From: Hydrurus foetidus
Taxonomy: Eukaryota
Direction: 5' to 3'
NCBI GenBank assembly: GCA_900617105.1
Contig: UYFQ01000001.1
Coordinates: forward strand, 992,001 to 1,056,000
Length of the DNA: 64,000 nucleotides
Part shown: positions 48,160-58,615 of the stretch, piece after piece
Layout of the letters: each line of letters starts with the position of its first letter
How positions within the stretch are numbered: the stretch's first letter is position 1
The notes under the pieces: model-generated
Seen by the model: only the letters and a program-made list of their open reading frames with translations
What the model was told of the DNA's origin: nothing
Database searches by the model: none
Made by a program: the position numbers and the translations under genes

Positions 48160-49212
48160 TTACGCGGCCTTCATCCCCTTCACCGCCAGCGCCGCCTCCT
48201 TCACCAACCCCGGCCCCTTGTAAATCAGCCCGGTGTAAATTTGCACCACATTGGCCCCTGCTGTGATTTTGCTGACCGCATCCGCACCGCTCAGGATGCC
48301 GCCCACGCCGATGATGGGGTAGCCTTTACCCAAAGCCGCCCGCAGTTGGCGAATCACTTGGTTGCTGGCCTCCAGCACGGGGGCGCCGCTGAGGCCGCCC
48401 ATTTCTTCGCTGTGCGCCATGCCTTTCACCGCTTCGCGGCTGAGCGTCGTGTTGGTGGCAATCACGCCGTCCATGCTGTGGCGGTGCAGGGTGGCTGCTA
48501 TCACTTTGATTTGTTCAGCGTCCAAATCGGGGGCGATTTTGACGAACAGGGGGACGCGCTTTTGGTGGGTTTGTTCCAGGGCTTTACGGCGTTCAGCCAA
48601 GGCACCCAGCAGGCCGTCGAGCGCGGCATCGCTTTGCAACTCGCGCAGGTTTTTGGTGTTGGGGCTGGAGATGTTGACGGTGACGTAATCGGCGTGCGGG
48701 TAGACGCCGTCCAGGCCGATCAAGTAATCGTCGGTGGCCCGCTCAATGGGGGTGGCGGCGTTTTTGCCGATGTTCAGGCCCAACAGCATCGAGGCTTTTT
48801 TGCTACGAAAAGTGGAGCGCTGTACGTTGGCTATGAAAGCGTCCAAGCCTTCATTGTTGAACCCCAATCGGTTGATGAGCGCGTTCGCTTGGGGCAGGCG
48901 GAACATGCGGGGCTTGGGGTTGCCGGGTTGGGCCAAGGGGGTGACGGTGCCGACCTCGACAAAGCCAAAACCCATCGCACCCAGACCGTCGATGCAGCGG
49001 GCGTTTTTATCCAGACCTGCGGCCAAGCCCACGCGGTTGGGGAAGCGCAGGCCAGCAAGGGTGATCGGGTCGTCTACCAAGCTGTTGCAGTAAGCCCATT
49101 CCAGCGGCGTGCCCTGCGCGCGGGCCAGGGTGTGCATGGTGAGTTCGTGGGCGGTTTCGGCATCGAGGCCAAAGAGAAAGGGGCGGGCGAGGGCGTAGGG
49201 GAGTAAGGGCAT
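48160..49212 (-). CDS. pyrD: Dihydroorotate dehydrogenase (quinone)
   Basis: [34 protein letters not shown]. Confidence 0.97.
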   Translation of the reverse strand: MPLLPYALARPFLFGLDAETAHELTMHTLARAQGTPLEWAYCNSLVDDPITLAGLRFPNRVGLAAGLDKNARCIDGLGAMGFGFVEVGTVTPLAQPGNPKPRMFRLPQANALINRLGFNNEGLDAFIANVQRSTFRSKKASMLLGLNIGKNAATPIERATDDYLIGLDGVYPHADYVTVNISSPNTKNLRELQSDAALDGLLGALAERRKALEQTHQKRVPLFVKIAPDLDAEQIKVIAATLHRHSMDGVIATNTTLSREAVKGMAHSEEMGGLSGAPVLEASNQVIRQLRAALGKGYPIIGVGGILSGADAVSKITAGANVVQIYTGLIYKGPGLVKEAALAVKGMKAA

Positions 49213-49285
49213 AGGGGATAATTTTACGAACTCCTTTCCTCTGTTCTTTAACTTTCCCTTCCTTCTTCACTGAATTGACCTCCCC

Positions 49286-49963
49286 ATGACCCAAGACGAA
49301 CTCAAAACCCTGGTAGGCCTTGCGGCCCTGCACTACGTGCCTGACGGCGAAATCGTGGGCGTGGGCACCGGCTCCACCGTGAACAAATTCATCGAGGCGC
49401 TGGCCACCATCAAACACCGCGTGAAAGCCACCGTGTCCAGCTCAGTCGCGTCCACTGAGCGCCTCCAAGCACTGGGTTTTACTGTGTTGAACTGCAACGA
49501 GGTGGGTGAGCTGGCGGTCTACATCGACGGTGCCGACGAGATTGACGACCACGGTTACATGGTCAAAGGGGGCGGTGCTGCGTTGACGCGCGAAAAAATC
49601 GTTGCCGCGCAGTCCCGCCGTTTCATTTGCATTGCAGACGAGTCCAAGCTGGTGTCTGCGCTCGGTGCGTTCCCCTTGCCTGTGGAGGTGATTCCGATGG
49701 CGTCCAGCCGCATCACCCGTCAGTTTGCAGCGATGGGCGGCAAAGCCACCTTGCGTCTGGACAAACAAGGTAAGCCACTGGTGACCGACAACGACCAGCA
49801 CATTCTGGATGTGACGGGCCTGCGCTTGACCGATCCGCTGGCGTTTGAAACCCAGGTCAACCAGTGGCCGGGCGTGGTGACGGTGGGGGTGTTCGCTCAG
49901 CAAAAAGCCCAGGTCTGTTTGCTGGCGACCGCTCAGGGTGTGAAGACGCTGAGTTTCGAGTGA
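49286..49963 (+). CDS. rpiA: Ribose-5-phosphate isomerase A
   Basis: [27 protein letters not shown]. Confidence 0.97.
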   Translation: MTQDELKTLVGLAALHYVPDGEIVGVGTGSTVNKFIEALATIKHRVKATVSSSVASTERLQALGFTVLNCNEVGELAVYIDGADEIDDHGYMVKGGGAALTREKIVAAQSRRFICIADESKLVSALGAFPLPVEVIPMASSRITRQFAAMGGKATLRLDKQGKPLVTDNDQHILDVTGLRLTDPLAFETQVNQWPGVVTVGVFAQQKAQVCLLATAQGVKTLSFE

Positions 49964-50029
49964 TTTAAGCCCCTAAAAAGCGCTCTATCGTTTATTTCAT
50001 ATTCGATGAGTGCTATCTATTTTGATATT

Positions 50030-51010
50030 TCAATCCGCCGTGATCTTGCGGGTGTCGATCAGGTATTTCCAACGTGCAGATTCTTTTTGTTGGAAGGCGG
50101 CAAACTGCTCAGGCGTGTTGCCGACCACTTCAAAACCCACATCCACAAATTTTTTCTTGAGCTGCGGGTCGTTCAAGGCTTCCACCAAGCCCGCATGAAT
50201 TTTGGCTTTCACATCGGCGGGCAAACCCTTGGGGGCGGCCACGGCTTGCCAGGCGTAGAGGGTGAGGTCTTTCATGCCCAGCTCGTCAAAAGTGGGCACG
50301 TTAGGCAGCAAGGGTGAACGCTTGCTGCTGGTGATGACCAGGGCTTGCAATTTGCCGTTGTTGATGTGCTGGATCACCGAATTGATGTTGGCAAACGAGG
50401 CATCGACTTGCCCGCCTATCAAGTCCGTGATGGCGGGTGCACCGCCTTTGTAGGGTACATGCACGCCAGACGTGCCGGTTTGCAGCCAAAACAATTCAGC
50501 CGTCAGGTGGTCGGATGAGCCGTTACCTGAAGACACAAAAGACAATTTATCGGGTTTTGCTTTGAGCGCGGTGATCATCTCGGCCATCGATTTGTAAGGC
50601 GATGCTGCGGGCACCACCAGCACATTGGGCGATTGCACACCCACGGTGAGGTAGTCAAAATCTTTGGCCGCGTCATATGGCAAGCCTTTGACCAGATGGG
50701 GCACGATCACCAGCGGCCCCAAGGACGTGACCAGCAGAGTGTGGCCATCAGGGGCAGCGCGTTTGACAAACCCCGCACCAATCGTGCCGGTGGCCCCCCC
50801 TTTGTTATCCACCATCACGGTTTGCCCCCATTTTTCTTGCAGCTTAGGTGCCAGGGTGCGGGCCATGAGGTCGCTGGAGCCTCCAGGGGGGAAGGGCACG
50901 ACCAGGGTCACGGTTTTGTCAGGCCACGCATAAGCCGGGGCAGAGAAAAACGCTGCGGCGATGCTGGCACTCAGCAGGGCTTTCAAAGTACGGTAGTGGG
51001 TGAAGTTCAT
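50030..51010 (-). CDS. Bug/TctC tripartite tricarboxylate transporter substrate-binding protein
   Basis: VPFPPGGSSD, DNKGGATG, PDGHT, HVPYKG, PNVPT; start 51010 or 51034. Confidence 0.92.
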   Translation of the reverse strand: MNFTHYRTLKALLSASIAAAFFSAPAYAWPDKTVTLVVPFPPGGSSDLMARTLAPKLQEKWGQTVMVDNKGGATGTIGAGFVKRAAPDGHTLLVTSLGPLVIVPHLVKGLPYDAAKDFDYLTVGVQSPNVLVVPAASPYKSMAEMITALKAKPDKLSFVSSGNGSSDHLTAELFWLQTGTSGVHVPYKGGAPAITDLIGGQVDASFANINSVIQHINNGKLQALVITSSKRSPLLPNVPTFDELGMKDLTLYAWQAVAAPKGLPADVKAKIHAGLVEALNDPQLKKKFVDVGFEVVGNTPEQFAAFQQKESARWKYLIDTRKITAD

Positions 51011-51033
51011 GGTGGTTTCTGTTGGTTTAGTCA

Positions 51034-51202
51034 TACGTCATCGTACAACTTTGCAAATGAAGAAAAACATTAAATAGACTTAATAGTCAAATTTTAGGAT
51101 ATTTTCGTTCTTTTTTAGGTCTAGATTAACCCTTGCATTTCAATTTCAATTGGAAATGGCTTGGACTATCTTAGTTATGAGATAGCGTTGTACGATAACA
51201 TA
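51034..51202. promoter_or_regulatory. Two copies of a putative operator GTTGTACGATRACRTA in the bug/garD divergent region
   Basis: GTCATCGTACAAC at 51037-51049 and its near reverse complement GTTGTACGATAAC at 51187-51199. Confidence 0.6.
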
Positions 51203-51215
51203 CTGAAAACTTCTG

Positions 51216-52823
51216 ATGCACACAGCCATGATGCCTTCACTTTCCACCACGCCCCCTCTCACCATTAGCATGCACGACCGCGACAACGTGGCCATCGTAG
51301 CCAATGACGGCGGTTTGCCTGCGGGCACTGTTTTGACGAACGGTTTGATGCTGCGCGATCGCGTGCCGCAAGGCCACAAAGTGGCCATGGTGGACGTGGC
51401 AGCCCATGCCCCGGTGCTGCGCTATGGCATCCCGATTGGTTTTGCATTGCAAGACATTCCTGCGGGCAGCTGGGTGCATGAGCGACTGCTGCAAATGCCA
51501 GCGGCTCGGGGGCTGGATGATTTACCCATCTCAACGGTCAACCCAGACCCGTTGCCTGCACTGGAGGGCTACACGTTCGAGGGCTACCGCAATGCCGATG
51601 GCTCGGTGGGCACGCGCAACATCTTGGCCATCACCCAGACTGTGCAGTGCGTGGCAGGCGTGACGGACTTTGCCGTGCAGCGCATCAAGGCCGAGTTGCT
51701 GCCCCGTTTTCCCCAGGTGGATGACGTGGTGGCCCTGGAACACGGCTATGGCTGCGGTGTGGCGATCGACGCACCGGGGGCTGAGATACCCATCCGCACG
51801 CTGCGCAATATCAGCCTGAACCCCAACTTTGGCGGTGAGGTGATGGTGGTGAGTTTGGGGTGTGAGAAGTTGCAACCTGAGCGGCTGCTGCCACCGGGGT
51901 CGTTTTCTATGTACGCCGTAGATGAAAAAAATGATAGCGGCTATAGCTCATCTGGAAAGGGTTTAGACGTAGTTTGTCTGCAAGATGATGCCCATGTGGG
52001 GTTCATGGCGATGGTGGACGCGGTAATGCGCCAAGCCACCGTTCACCTGGAGCGCCTGAATGTGCGCCGCCGTGTGACTTGCCCGGCCAGCGAGCTGGTG
52101 GTGGGCGTGCAGTGTGGTGGCAGTGATGCGTTTTCGGGGGTCACGGCCAACCCGGCAGTAGGGTTTTGCACCGATTTGCTGGTGCGTGCTGGGGCCAGTG
52201 TGATGTTTTCAGAAACCACCGAGGTGCGCGACGGCATCGCCCAGCTCACGGCCCGCGCCAGCACGCCCGAAGTCGCCCAGGCCATGATCCGCGAGATGGC
52301 GTGGTACGACGCTTATCTGGAGCACGGCAAGGCTGACCGCAGCGCCAACACCACACCGGGCAACAAAAAGGGAGGGCTCTCGAACATCGTTGAAAAAGCG
52401 ATGGGTTCCATTGTTAAATCCGGCTCAGCAGCCATCACGGGCGTAATCTCGCCGGGCGAAAAACTCCAGCAAAAAGGCCTGACTTACGCGGCCACACCGG
52501 CCAGCGATTTCATTTGTGGCACGCTGCAATTGGCCGCCGGGATGAACCTGCATGTGTTCACCACCGGGCGCGGCACGCCTTATGGTTTGGCGCAGGTGCC
52601 CGTCATCAAAGTGGCCACCCGCAGCGATTTAGCCCGCCGCTGGCATGACCTGATGGACGTGAACGCAGGCACTATCGCCGACGGCACGGCCACCATCGAA
52701 CAGGTGGGCTGGGAATTGTTCAAGCTGATGCTGGAAGTGGCCAGTGGCCGCAAAAAGACCTGGGCCGAGCACTGGAAGCTGCACAACGCGCTGGTGCTGT
52801 TCAACCCGGCCCCGGTGACTTGA
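51216..52823 (+). CDS. garD: Galactarate dehydratase
   Basis: SAF domain ([13 protein letters not shown]), [44 protein letters not shown]; start may be 51228/51231. Confidence 0.93.
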   Translation: MHTAMMPSLSTTPPLTISMHDRDNVAIVANDGGLPAGTVLTNGLMLRDRVPQGHKVAMVDVAAHAPVLRYGIPIGFALQDIPAGSWVHERLLQMPAARGLDDLPISTVNPDPLPALEGYTFEGYRNADGSVGTRNILAITQTVQCVAGVTDFAVQRIKAELLPRFPQVDDVVALEHGYGCGVAIDAPGAEIPIRTLRNISLNPNFGGEVMVVSLGCEKLQPERLLPPGSFSMYAVDEKNDSGYSSSGKGLDVVCLQDDAHVGFMAMVDAVMRQATVHLERLNVRRRVTCPASELVVGVQCGGSDAFSGVTANPAVGFCTDLLVRAGASVMFSETTEVRDGIAQLTARASTPEVAQAMIREMAWYDAYLEHGKADRSANTTPGNKKGGLSNIVEKAMGSIVKSGSAAITGVISPGEKLQQKGLTYAATPASDFICGTLQLAAGMNLHVFTTGRGTPYGLAQVPVIKVATRSDLARRWHDLMDVNAGTIADGTATIEQVGWELFKLMLEVASGRKKTWAEHWKLHNALVLFNPAPVT

Positions 52824-52853
52824 GGGTTTCAAGCTCCCCCCAACACAGATTCT

Positions 52854-53537
52854 TCAGAACTTAATGCCCGCTGGGTTGGCGGTCGTGTCCACGGCTGGAG
52901 GGCGGGGTGCTCTGGCGTTACGGGCGAGTGCGTCCTCGGTGGCTGCGCCGCTTGCGGTTTCCGCCTTGGGCACTGCTTTTACAGCTGCGACCATAGGCGC
53001 GGGCGGCGGGTTGCGGTAGCCGCTGGGCAACTTGCTGGCGCTGGGGTAGCCCGCTGCGTCCAAGTAATCTCCCCACTCTGCGCCTGAGAAACCCTGCAAC
53101 TGCTGACGCCCCAGGGTGGCAAAGGGCAGGCTGTTGCCGCCGCTGAGCTGCTGCAATGCCGTGCTGTCTTCTGTGGTGCTGATGGTGCGTTCGGTGAAGG
53201 GCACGCCGCGTTTCATCAGCAGGTTGCGGGCGGCATTGCAGGGGCCGCAGTTGTCGCTGGTGTACAGCGTCACCGGGTACTTGCTTACCACCTGCTGCAC
53301 CTCGTAGGGCAGCGTGGGGTTGGTGGATGCGACCGCTGCCCCGGTTTGGGCGTTGGTGGCTTTGCTGTTAGGGCTGACAGGGGCTTGGTCTGAAAAACTG
53401 ACTTTGCCGTCGGGGCCAACGATGCGGTACACCGTTTGGGCGTGCAGGCTCGCAGCTGCGAGCAGGGCTGCAATGCCACCCAGCAGCAAGGCTCGGTGCT
53501 GCAGGTGACGTGGAAGCTTAAGACTAAGGTGCTTCAT
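52854..53537 (-). CDS. Exported glutaredoxin-like protein with DUF4124-like N-terminus
   Basis: Signal peptide, VYRIVGPDGKVSFSD, VTLYT..CGPC, LDAAGYP. Confidence 0.8.
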   Translation of the reverse strand: MKHLSLKLPRHLQHRALLLGGIAALLAAASLHAQTVYRIVGPDGKVSFSDQAPVSPNSKATNAQTGAAVASTNPTLPYEVQQVVSKYPVTLYTSDNCGPCNAARNLLMKRGVPFTERTISTTEDSTALQQLSGGNSLPFATLGRQQLQGFSGAEWGDYLDAAGYPSASKLPSGYRNPPPAPMVAAVKAVPKAETASGAATEDALARNARAPRPPAVDTTANPAGIKF

Positions 53538-53587
53538 GGTTCGTTGTGGTTGTAGGGCTGCTTTACTTACGGGACTTGGCCTGCACT

Positions 53588-55633
53588 TTAAGCCATACCT
53601 TGGTGTCGCAGCAAGGCGTCCAGCGTGGGCGCACGGCCTCGGAAGGCTTTGAACGATTCCATTGCAGGGCGGCTGCCACCGGCTTCCAGAATAGCGCGGC
53701 GGTATTGGCGGCCTGTTTCCAGGTTGGCTGAACCGTCAGGCAGCGCGGTTTCCTCGAACGCGGCGTAGGCATCGGCGCTCAGCACCTCGGCCCATTTGTA
53801 GCTGTAGTAGCCCGCTGCATAACCGCCAGCGAAGATGTGGCTGAAGGTGTGGGCGGTGCGGCTCCAGGCGGGGGGCTGCATCACGGCGACTTCTGCACGC
53901 ACCTGGTTCAACAGCGGCATGATGTCCGTTTGCACGGGGTCGTGTGCGGTGTGCAGCAGCATGTCGAACAGCGAAAACTCAATTTGACGCAACGTTTGCA
54001 GGCCGCTCTGGAAGTTCTTGGCGGCGGTCATTTTGTCAAACAGCGCACGGGGCAGCGGCTCGCCGGTATCGACATGGGCCGTCATGTGCTTCAAAACATC
54101 CCATTCCCAGCAGAAGTTTTCCATGAACTGGCTGGGCAGCTCTACAGCGTCCCATTCCACGCCACTGATGCCCGAGACATCGCGCTCGTTGACCTGGGTC
54201 AGCATGTGGTGCAGGCCGTGGCCAAATTCGTGAAACAGGGTGGTCACGTCGTCGTGCGTCAACAAGGCGGGTTTGCCGTCTACGCCGTCGGCGAAGTTGC
54301 AGACCAAATGCGCTACGGGGGTTTGCAGAGCGCCGGTGTCGGGGCGCAGCCAGCGGGTACGCACGTCGTCCATCCATGCGCCGCCGCGCTTGCCGGTGCG
54401 GGCTGCTGGGTCGAGGTAGAACTGGCCGATCAATTTGCTGTCCCGCTCAATGCGGTAAAACTTGACCCCCGCATTCCACACCGGGGCGCTGTCTTCGCGA
54501 ATGGCGACTTCAAACAGCGTTTCGATGATTTTGAACAAGCCTGCCAACACCTTGGGCGCGGTGAAATACTGTTTCACCTCTTGCTCGCTGAAGGCATAGC
54601 GGGCTTCTTTGAGTTTTTCGCTCAAGTAAGCCACGTCCCAGGCATTCAAAGGTGCGGTGCTGTTGAGCTCAGTCGCTGCGAATTCACGCAGATCAGTCAG
54701 GTCTTTTTCTGCGAAGGGGCGGGCTTTGACGGCCAGTTCCTTCAAGAAAGCAATAACTTCATCGGGGGACTTCGCCATTTTGGTGACGACCGAGACTTCA
54801 CCGAAATTGGCGTAACCCAGCAATTGGGCTTCTTCTTTGCGGAGCTGCAAAATTTCAGCGATCAAAGCGCTGTTGTCGTAGGCACGACCTGCTTCATCGG
54901 CTTGGTCAGAGCCGCGCGTCACATAGGCGCGGTACAGGGTTTCGCGCAGTTGGGTGGAAGTAGCGAACTGCATCACGGGCAGGTAGCTGGGCATTTTGAG
55001 CGTGAGTTTGTAGCCTTCTTTGGCTTCAGTTTTGGCCGCCGCCAGCGCGGTGTGCAGCACGTCAGCAGGCACGCCATCGAGTTCTTCGATGGTGGCGTAG
55101 TAGGCAAACGCATCGGTGGCGTCGAGGGCGTTTTCGCTGAATTTTTGACTCAGCGCGGCTTGGCGTTCTTGGATTTCAGCGAAGCGGATTTTGGCGCTGC
55201 CTGTCAATTCCGCACCGCTCAGCACAAAGTTGCGCACGGCGTTTTTGTGCGCCTGGGTTTGCTCGGCGTTGAGGGTGGCCGCATCAATCGCTTTGTACTT
55301 GGCGTAGAGGCGCTCATCGGCCCCTAAGCGCGTCCAGAACTCAGTGATGACGGGCAGGGCTTCGTTATAGGCAGCCCGCAGCTCGGGCGTATCGGCCACG
55401 CTGTTCAGGTGGCTGACGGCACCCCAAGCGAAACCCAGCTTTTCAGTGGCCACATCCAACACGCGGGCAATGTCTGACCACTGGGCCGGGAAGTCGGTGG
55501 CGGTGACCGTTTCTAAGGCAGCACTGGCGTCCAGCAACAGTTGCGCCACGGCCGGGGCAACATGCTCGGGCTTGATTTGGTCAAACAGCGGGAGGTTGGG
55601 GGATGAGGCGAAGGGGATCAGAGGATTGGTCAT
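53588..55633 (-). CDS. prlC: Oligopeptidase A (M3)
   Basis: KRGGAWM, HEFGHGLH, DAVELPSQ, GYYSYKWAE, FRGR. Confidence 0.95.
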   Translation of the reverse strand: MTNPLIPFASSPNLPLFDQIKPEHVAPAVAQLLLDASAALETVTATDFPAQWSDIARVLDVATEKLGFAWGAVSHLNSVADTPELRAAYNEALPVITEFWTRLGADERLYAKYKAIDAATLNAEQTQAHKNAVRNFVLSGAELTGSAKIRFAEIQERQAALSQKFSENALDATDAFAYYATIEELDGVPADVLHTALAAAKTEAKEGYKLTLKMPSYLPVMQFATSTQLRETLYRAYVTRGSDQADEAGRAYDNSALIAEILQLRKEEAQLLGYANFGEVSVVTKMAKSPDEVIAFLKELAVKARPFAEKDLTDLREFAATELNSTAPLNAWDVAYLSEKLKEARYAFSEQEVKQYFTAPKVLAGLFKIIETLFEVAIREDSAPVWNAGVKFYRIERDSKLIGQFYLDPAARTGKRGGAWMDDVRTRWLRPDTGALQTPVAHLVCNFADGVDGKPALLTHDDVTTLFHEFGHGLHHMLTQVNERDVSGISGVEWDAVELPSQFMENFCWEWDVLKHMTAHVDTGEPLPRALFDKMTAAKNFQSGLQTLRQIEFSLFDMLLHTAHDPVQTDIMPLLNQVRAEVAVMQPPAWSRTAHTFSHIFAGGYAAGYYSYKWAEVLSADAYAAFEETALPDGSANLETGRQYRRAILEAGGSRPAMESFKAFRGRAPTLDALLRHQGMA

Positions 55634-55837
55634 GGCGGGCATGTGGGGGTAATGAGGCAAAGATCAAGCTGCCCCAAGTTTACGGGGACGCTCTGACAAG
55701 GGTTTATCCCTGTCGCCAAGGTAACAGTTTTTTCTGACAATAGTACGAACGGTCGTTCTATTTGGTGGTGATTAAGGAGAAAGACCGTTGATGTCGTTCG
55801 CTCTCTTGCCCTTTCTGTTGACCACTTTGGAGTTCTC

Positions 55838-56848
55838 ATGCCTCGTTCAGCTTCTTTAGCCGGTGTTCGTTCCTCGCGTGCTTCGCGTTTCTCTTGGCGC
55901 AAGTCAGCACGCGCTGCAGCGGTTGCTGCCGCGCTCACGGCCAGTTTGGCGGCTCCCGCGCAGGCGGGTCTGTTTGATTGGCTGTTCCCTTCGCCCAGCG
56001 CCCAGGTGTACACCCAGACCAAATACCCCATCGTCTTGGTGCATGGTCTGACTGGGTTTGACAACATTGCGGGCATTGACTATTTCTACGGCATCCCCGC
56101 TGAGTTGCGCAATGGCGGGGCTAAGGTGTTTGTGGCATCGGTGTCCAGCTTTAACAACACGGAAGCCCGTGGCGAGCAGCTGTTGAAAGAGATCAAAACC
56201 TTGCTGGCCAGCACGGGCGCGAAGAAGGTCAATCTGATTGGGCATTCGCACGGCGGGCCTACTGCGCGTTACGTGGCAGGTGTCGCCCCTGAGTTGGTGG
56301 CCTCGGTGACGTCGATTGCTGGCGTTAATAAAGGAACCAAAATTGCGGACTTGGTGGGGCGGTTTTTGCCCACCGGTTCATTTGGTGAAGCTGTTGCCGT
56401 ATCGGCTGCAACAGCTTTGGGCAATGTGATCGGTTTTCTGTCGGGCCGCAGCACACCCGAGGTGCCGCTGGAAGCGCTGAAAGCCTTGTCTACAGCAGGC
56501 ACGGCCACCTTCAACGCCAAATTCCCCCAGGGTTTGCCTACGGGTTGTACCAATGGCCCTGAGCTGGTCAACGGCGTGCGTTACTACTCATGGACGGGCA
56601 ACAAAGGCATCACCAACATCCTCGATATTTCTGACCCGGCGATGGGCGTGCTGAACTTGCTGCACGGTGAACCGAACGATGGTTTGGTCTCGGTGTGCAG
56701 CAGCCGCTTGGGCACGAGCTTGGGTGTTTACAGCCAAAACCATTTGGATGAAATCAACCAAATCTTTGGCTTGCGTGATATTTTTGATGTCAACCCCGTC
56801 ACGTTGTATCGCAACCATGCCAACCGCCTGAAAGGCATGGGCCTGTAA
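55838..56848 (+). CDS. Secreted triacylglycerol lipase (family I.1, Pseudomonas LipA-like)
   Basis: Signal (AQA), TKYPIVLVHG, GHSHGG, NDGLV, NHLDEINQ, HANRLK. Confidence 0.93.
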   Translation: MPRSASLAGVRSSRASRFSWRKSARAAAVAAALTASLAAPAQAGLFDWLFPSPSAQVYTQTKYPIVLVHGLTGFDNIAGIDYFYGIPAELRNGGAKVFVASVSSFNNTEARGEQLLKEIKTLLASTGAKKVNLIGHSHGGPTARYVAGVAPELVASVTSIAGVNKGTKIADLVGRFLPTGSFGEAVAVSAATALGNVIGFLSGRSTPEVPLEALKALSTAGTATFNAKFPQGLPTGCTNGPELVNGVRYYSWTGNKGITNILDISDPAMGVLNLLHGEPNDGLVSVCSSRLGTSLGVYSQNHLDEINQIFGLRDIFDVNPVTLYRNHANRLKGMGL

Positions 56849-57846
56849 TGTCAGTCGTGCCTGCCGTGCGCGTCAAAACCACGCTGGCTGCTGGCACGGT
56901 GGTGCTGGCTTTGCTGGGGAGTGTGGCGTGGTGGTGGGCGCAGGGGGACACGTCTTCAGCGCCCATCAACACGGTGCTTGCTCCCGCCGCCAGCCCCGTG
57001 GCGACTTCGCTTCTTCGGGTGCAACCCGAGACGGTGGGGGATTCAGCCACCGTGGGCTTCCTCAACGTACCCGGCGGTGCTGATGCCAAGGTGCCGGGGC
57101 GTGACCCTTTGCTGAGCGCTGATTTGATTCGGGTGTTCGATCAAATCCTCTCTCGCTGTACCGCACGCGACAAGGCGGGTTTGTTAGCGCAAGCGCTGGC
57201 CTTGCTGCCCCAGCATGTTCCGCCTGCATGGTTGGCGCGTGCCCAGGCGCTGTTGGCGCGTTACCTTGACTACCGTGAGGCGGCATCCTCGATCGCCGTA
57301 CCTGATGGCAATGACCCCAAGAGCTTGCGCCGTGTCTTCGATGCCCGAGCCAAAGCGCGTGCCAAGTATTTTGCAGCGGAAGAGTTGGCCGGTTTGTTTG
57401 GTGCTGAAGACCGGTTTGACCGCTTTTCGCTAGACCGCCTTGAGCTGATGCGCAACCCTGATTTAACACCAGAGCAACGCGCCAAAGCCATCCAACAGGC
57501 CGAGCAAGAATGGCTGTCACCTGAGCAGCGCGACCAGCGCCAGCAGTTCACGGCACACCAAGTCGTAGATCAAATGACCCAAGACATGGCGCATCGTGGG
57601 TTGACCGATGCCCAGGCCTACGCAGAGCGCGCAGCGGTGGTCGGCCCCGAAGCCGCGCTGCGCCTGGGGCAACTTGACCAGTCTGAGCGCGACTGGCAAT
57701 CACGCCTGAACCAGTATGCGTTAGCCACAGAAGAGCAACGTACCCCATTGCTGTCGAGCCTGTTTACCGAGCAAGAACGATTGCGTGTGGCTGGTGCGTT
57801 GGAGCTGCGCGAGGCGCAGCGCAAGAACAGTGGGGTTGTGAAGTGA
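56848..57846 (+). CDS. Lipase-specific foldase (Lif)
   Basis: N-terminal TM, RYLDY, AALRLGQLD...WQSR, F..QERLR; TAATG-coupled to the lipase. Confidence 0.88.
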   Translation: MSVVPAVRVKTTLAAGTVVLALLGSVAWWWAQGDTSSAPINTVLAPAASPVATSLLRVQPETVGDSATVGFLNVPGGADAKVPGRDPLLSADLIRVFDQILSRCTARDKAGLLAQALALLPQHVPPAWLARAQALLARYLDYREAASSIAVPDGNDPKSLRRVFDARAKARAKYFAAEELAGLFGAEDRFDRFSLDRLELMRNPDLTPEQRAKAIQQAEQEWLSPEQRDQRQQFTAHQVVDQMTQDMAHRGLTDAQAYAERAAVVGPEAALRLGQLDQSERDWQSRLNQYALATEEQRTPLLSSLFTEQERLRVAGALELREAQRKNSGVVK

Positions 57847-57850
57847 GGTT

Positions 57851-58204
57851 TCAAGCGTCGGGTGCGATCAACCCCGCACTCACAGATGAACGCCATCTGT
57901 ACCCACTCTGAATAACCCGTTGCTGTAACGCGATAGGCAAGTCATCCAGCAAGGATACGTCTACGCGCCAAGGTAGCGAGCTGTCATCAAAATCAGCCCG
58001 CATTTCTGCTAAAGCGAGTGCCAAACTGTGGGCATCTTGGGCCACGGCTTCAATGGCTAAATCTAAATCTGAGTAGGGTTTGCAGCCCTGCCCATAGGGC
58101 CATCCTCGCACCCTGGAGCCAAAAGCGATGACCGTGGCACCGGGGATGCGGTGGGCCAGCACTTGTTGGACAGTGGCCCAATGGCTGGCATCCAACTCAA
58201 GCAT
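57851..58204 (-). CDS. Minimal nucleotidyltransferase (MNT) antitoxin-like protein
   Basis: FGSR...YSDLDLA, LPWRVD; overlaps the HEPN gene by 8 bp. Confidence 0.87.
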   Translation of the reverse strand: MLELDASHWATVQQVLAHRIPGATVIAFGSRVRGWPYGQGCKPYSDLDLAIEAVAQDAHSLALALAEMRADFDDSSLPWRVDVSLLDDLPIALQQRVIQSGYRWRSSVSAGLIAPDA

Positions 58205-58613
58205 CCAGATCGCCTCTGGCTTGCAATTCGGCCAGCAAACGGCTGGCATCGCTTGCAAAGGCGGGGATGACGGTGGCTACATCCGCGGCTTTGGTCGCGT
58301 TATAGGTATGTGAAGTCGTGTTGCGCTTGTCGCGGTAGACCATCCAAGCGGAGGCATCTGCAATCAAACCCCGCTCAGCGCCAGTCCGGATCAGCTCGCG
58401 GTAGCTCATAGCATCGACGTTGGCGGCGTTGGGCAAGTCCAGTTCAATACGACGTTTGATCATTTTCCAACTCAGCTCAAAGCAGTATTCAAAGCGCAGT
58501 ATGCAGGCATCGCGAAGCTCTTCATCGTCGGGCACCGGCTGCCAGCGGTTAAGGCCACGTTGCAGCGATGCCAAGGCATCGTGCAGGGATGTGATGTCCA
58601 GCAAGGTGCTCAT
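58197..58613 (-). CDS. HEPN / HI0074-family nucleotidyltransferase substrate-binding protein (putative RNase toxin)
   Basis: RDACILRFEYCFELSWK and RNTTSHTY (R-X4-H-X-Y). Confidence 0.88.
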   Translation of the reverse strand: MSTLLDITSLHDALASLQRGLNRWQPVPDDEELRDACILRFEYCFELSWKMIKRRIELDLPNAANVDAMSYRELIRTGAERGLIADASAWMVYRDKRNTTSHTYNATKAADVATVIPAFASDASRLLAELQARGDLDA

Positions 58614-58615
58614 GC

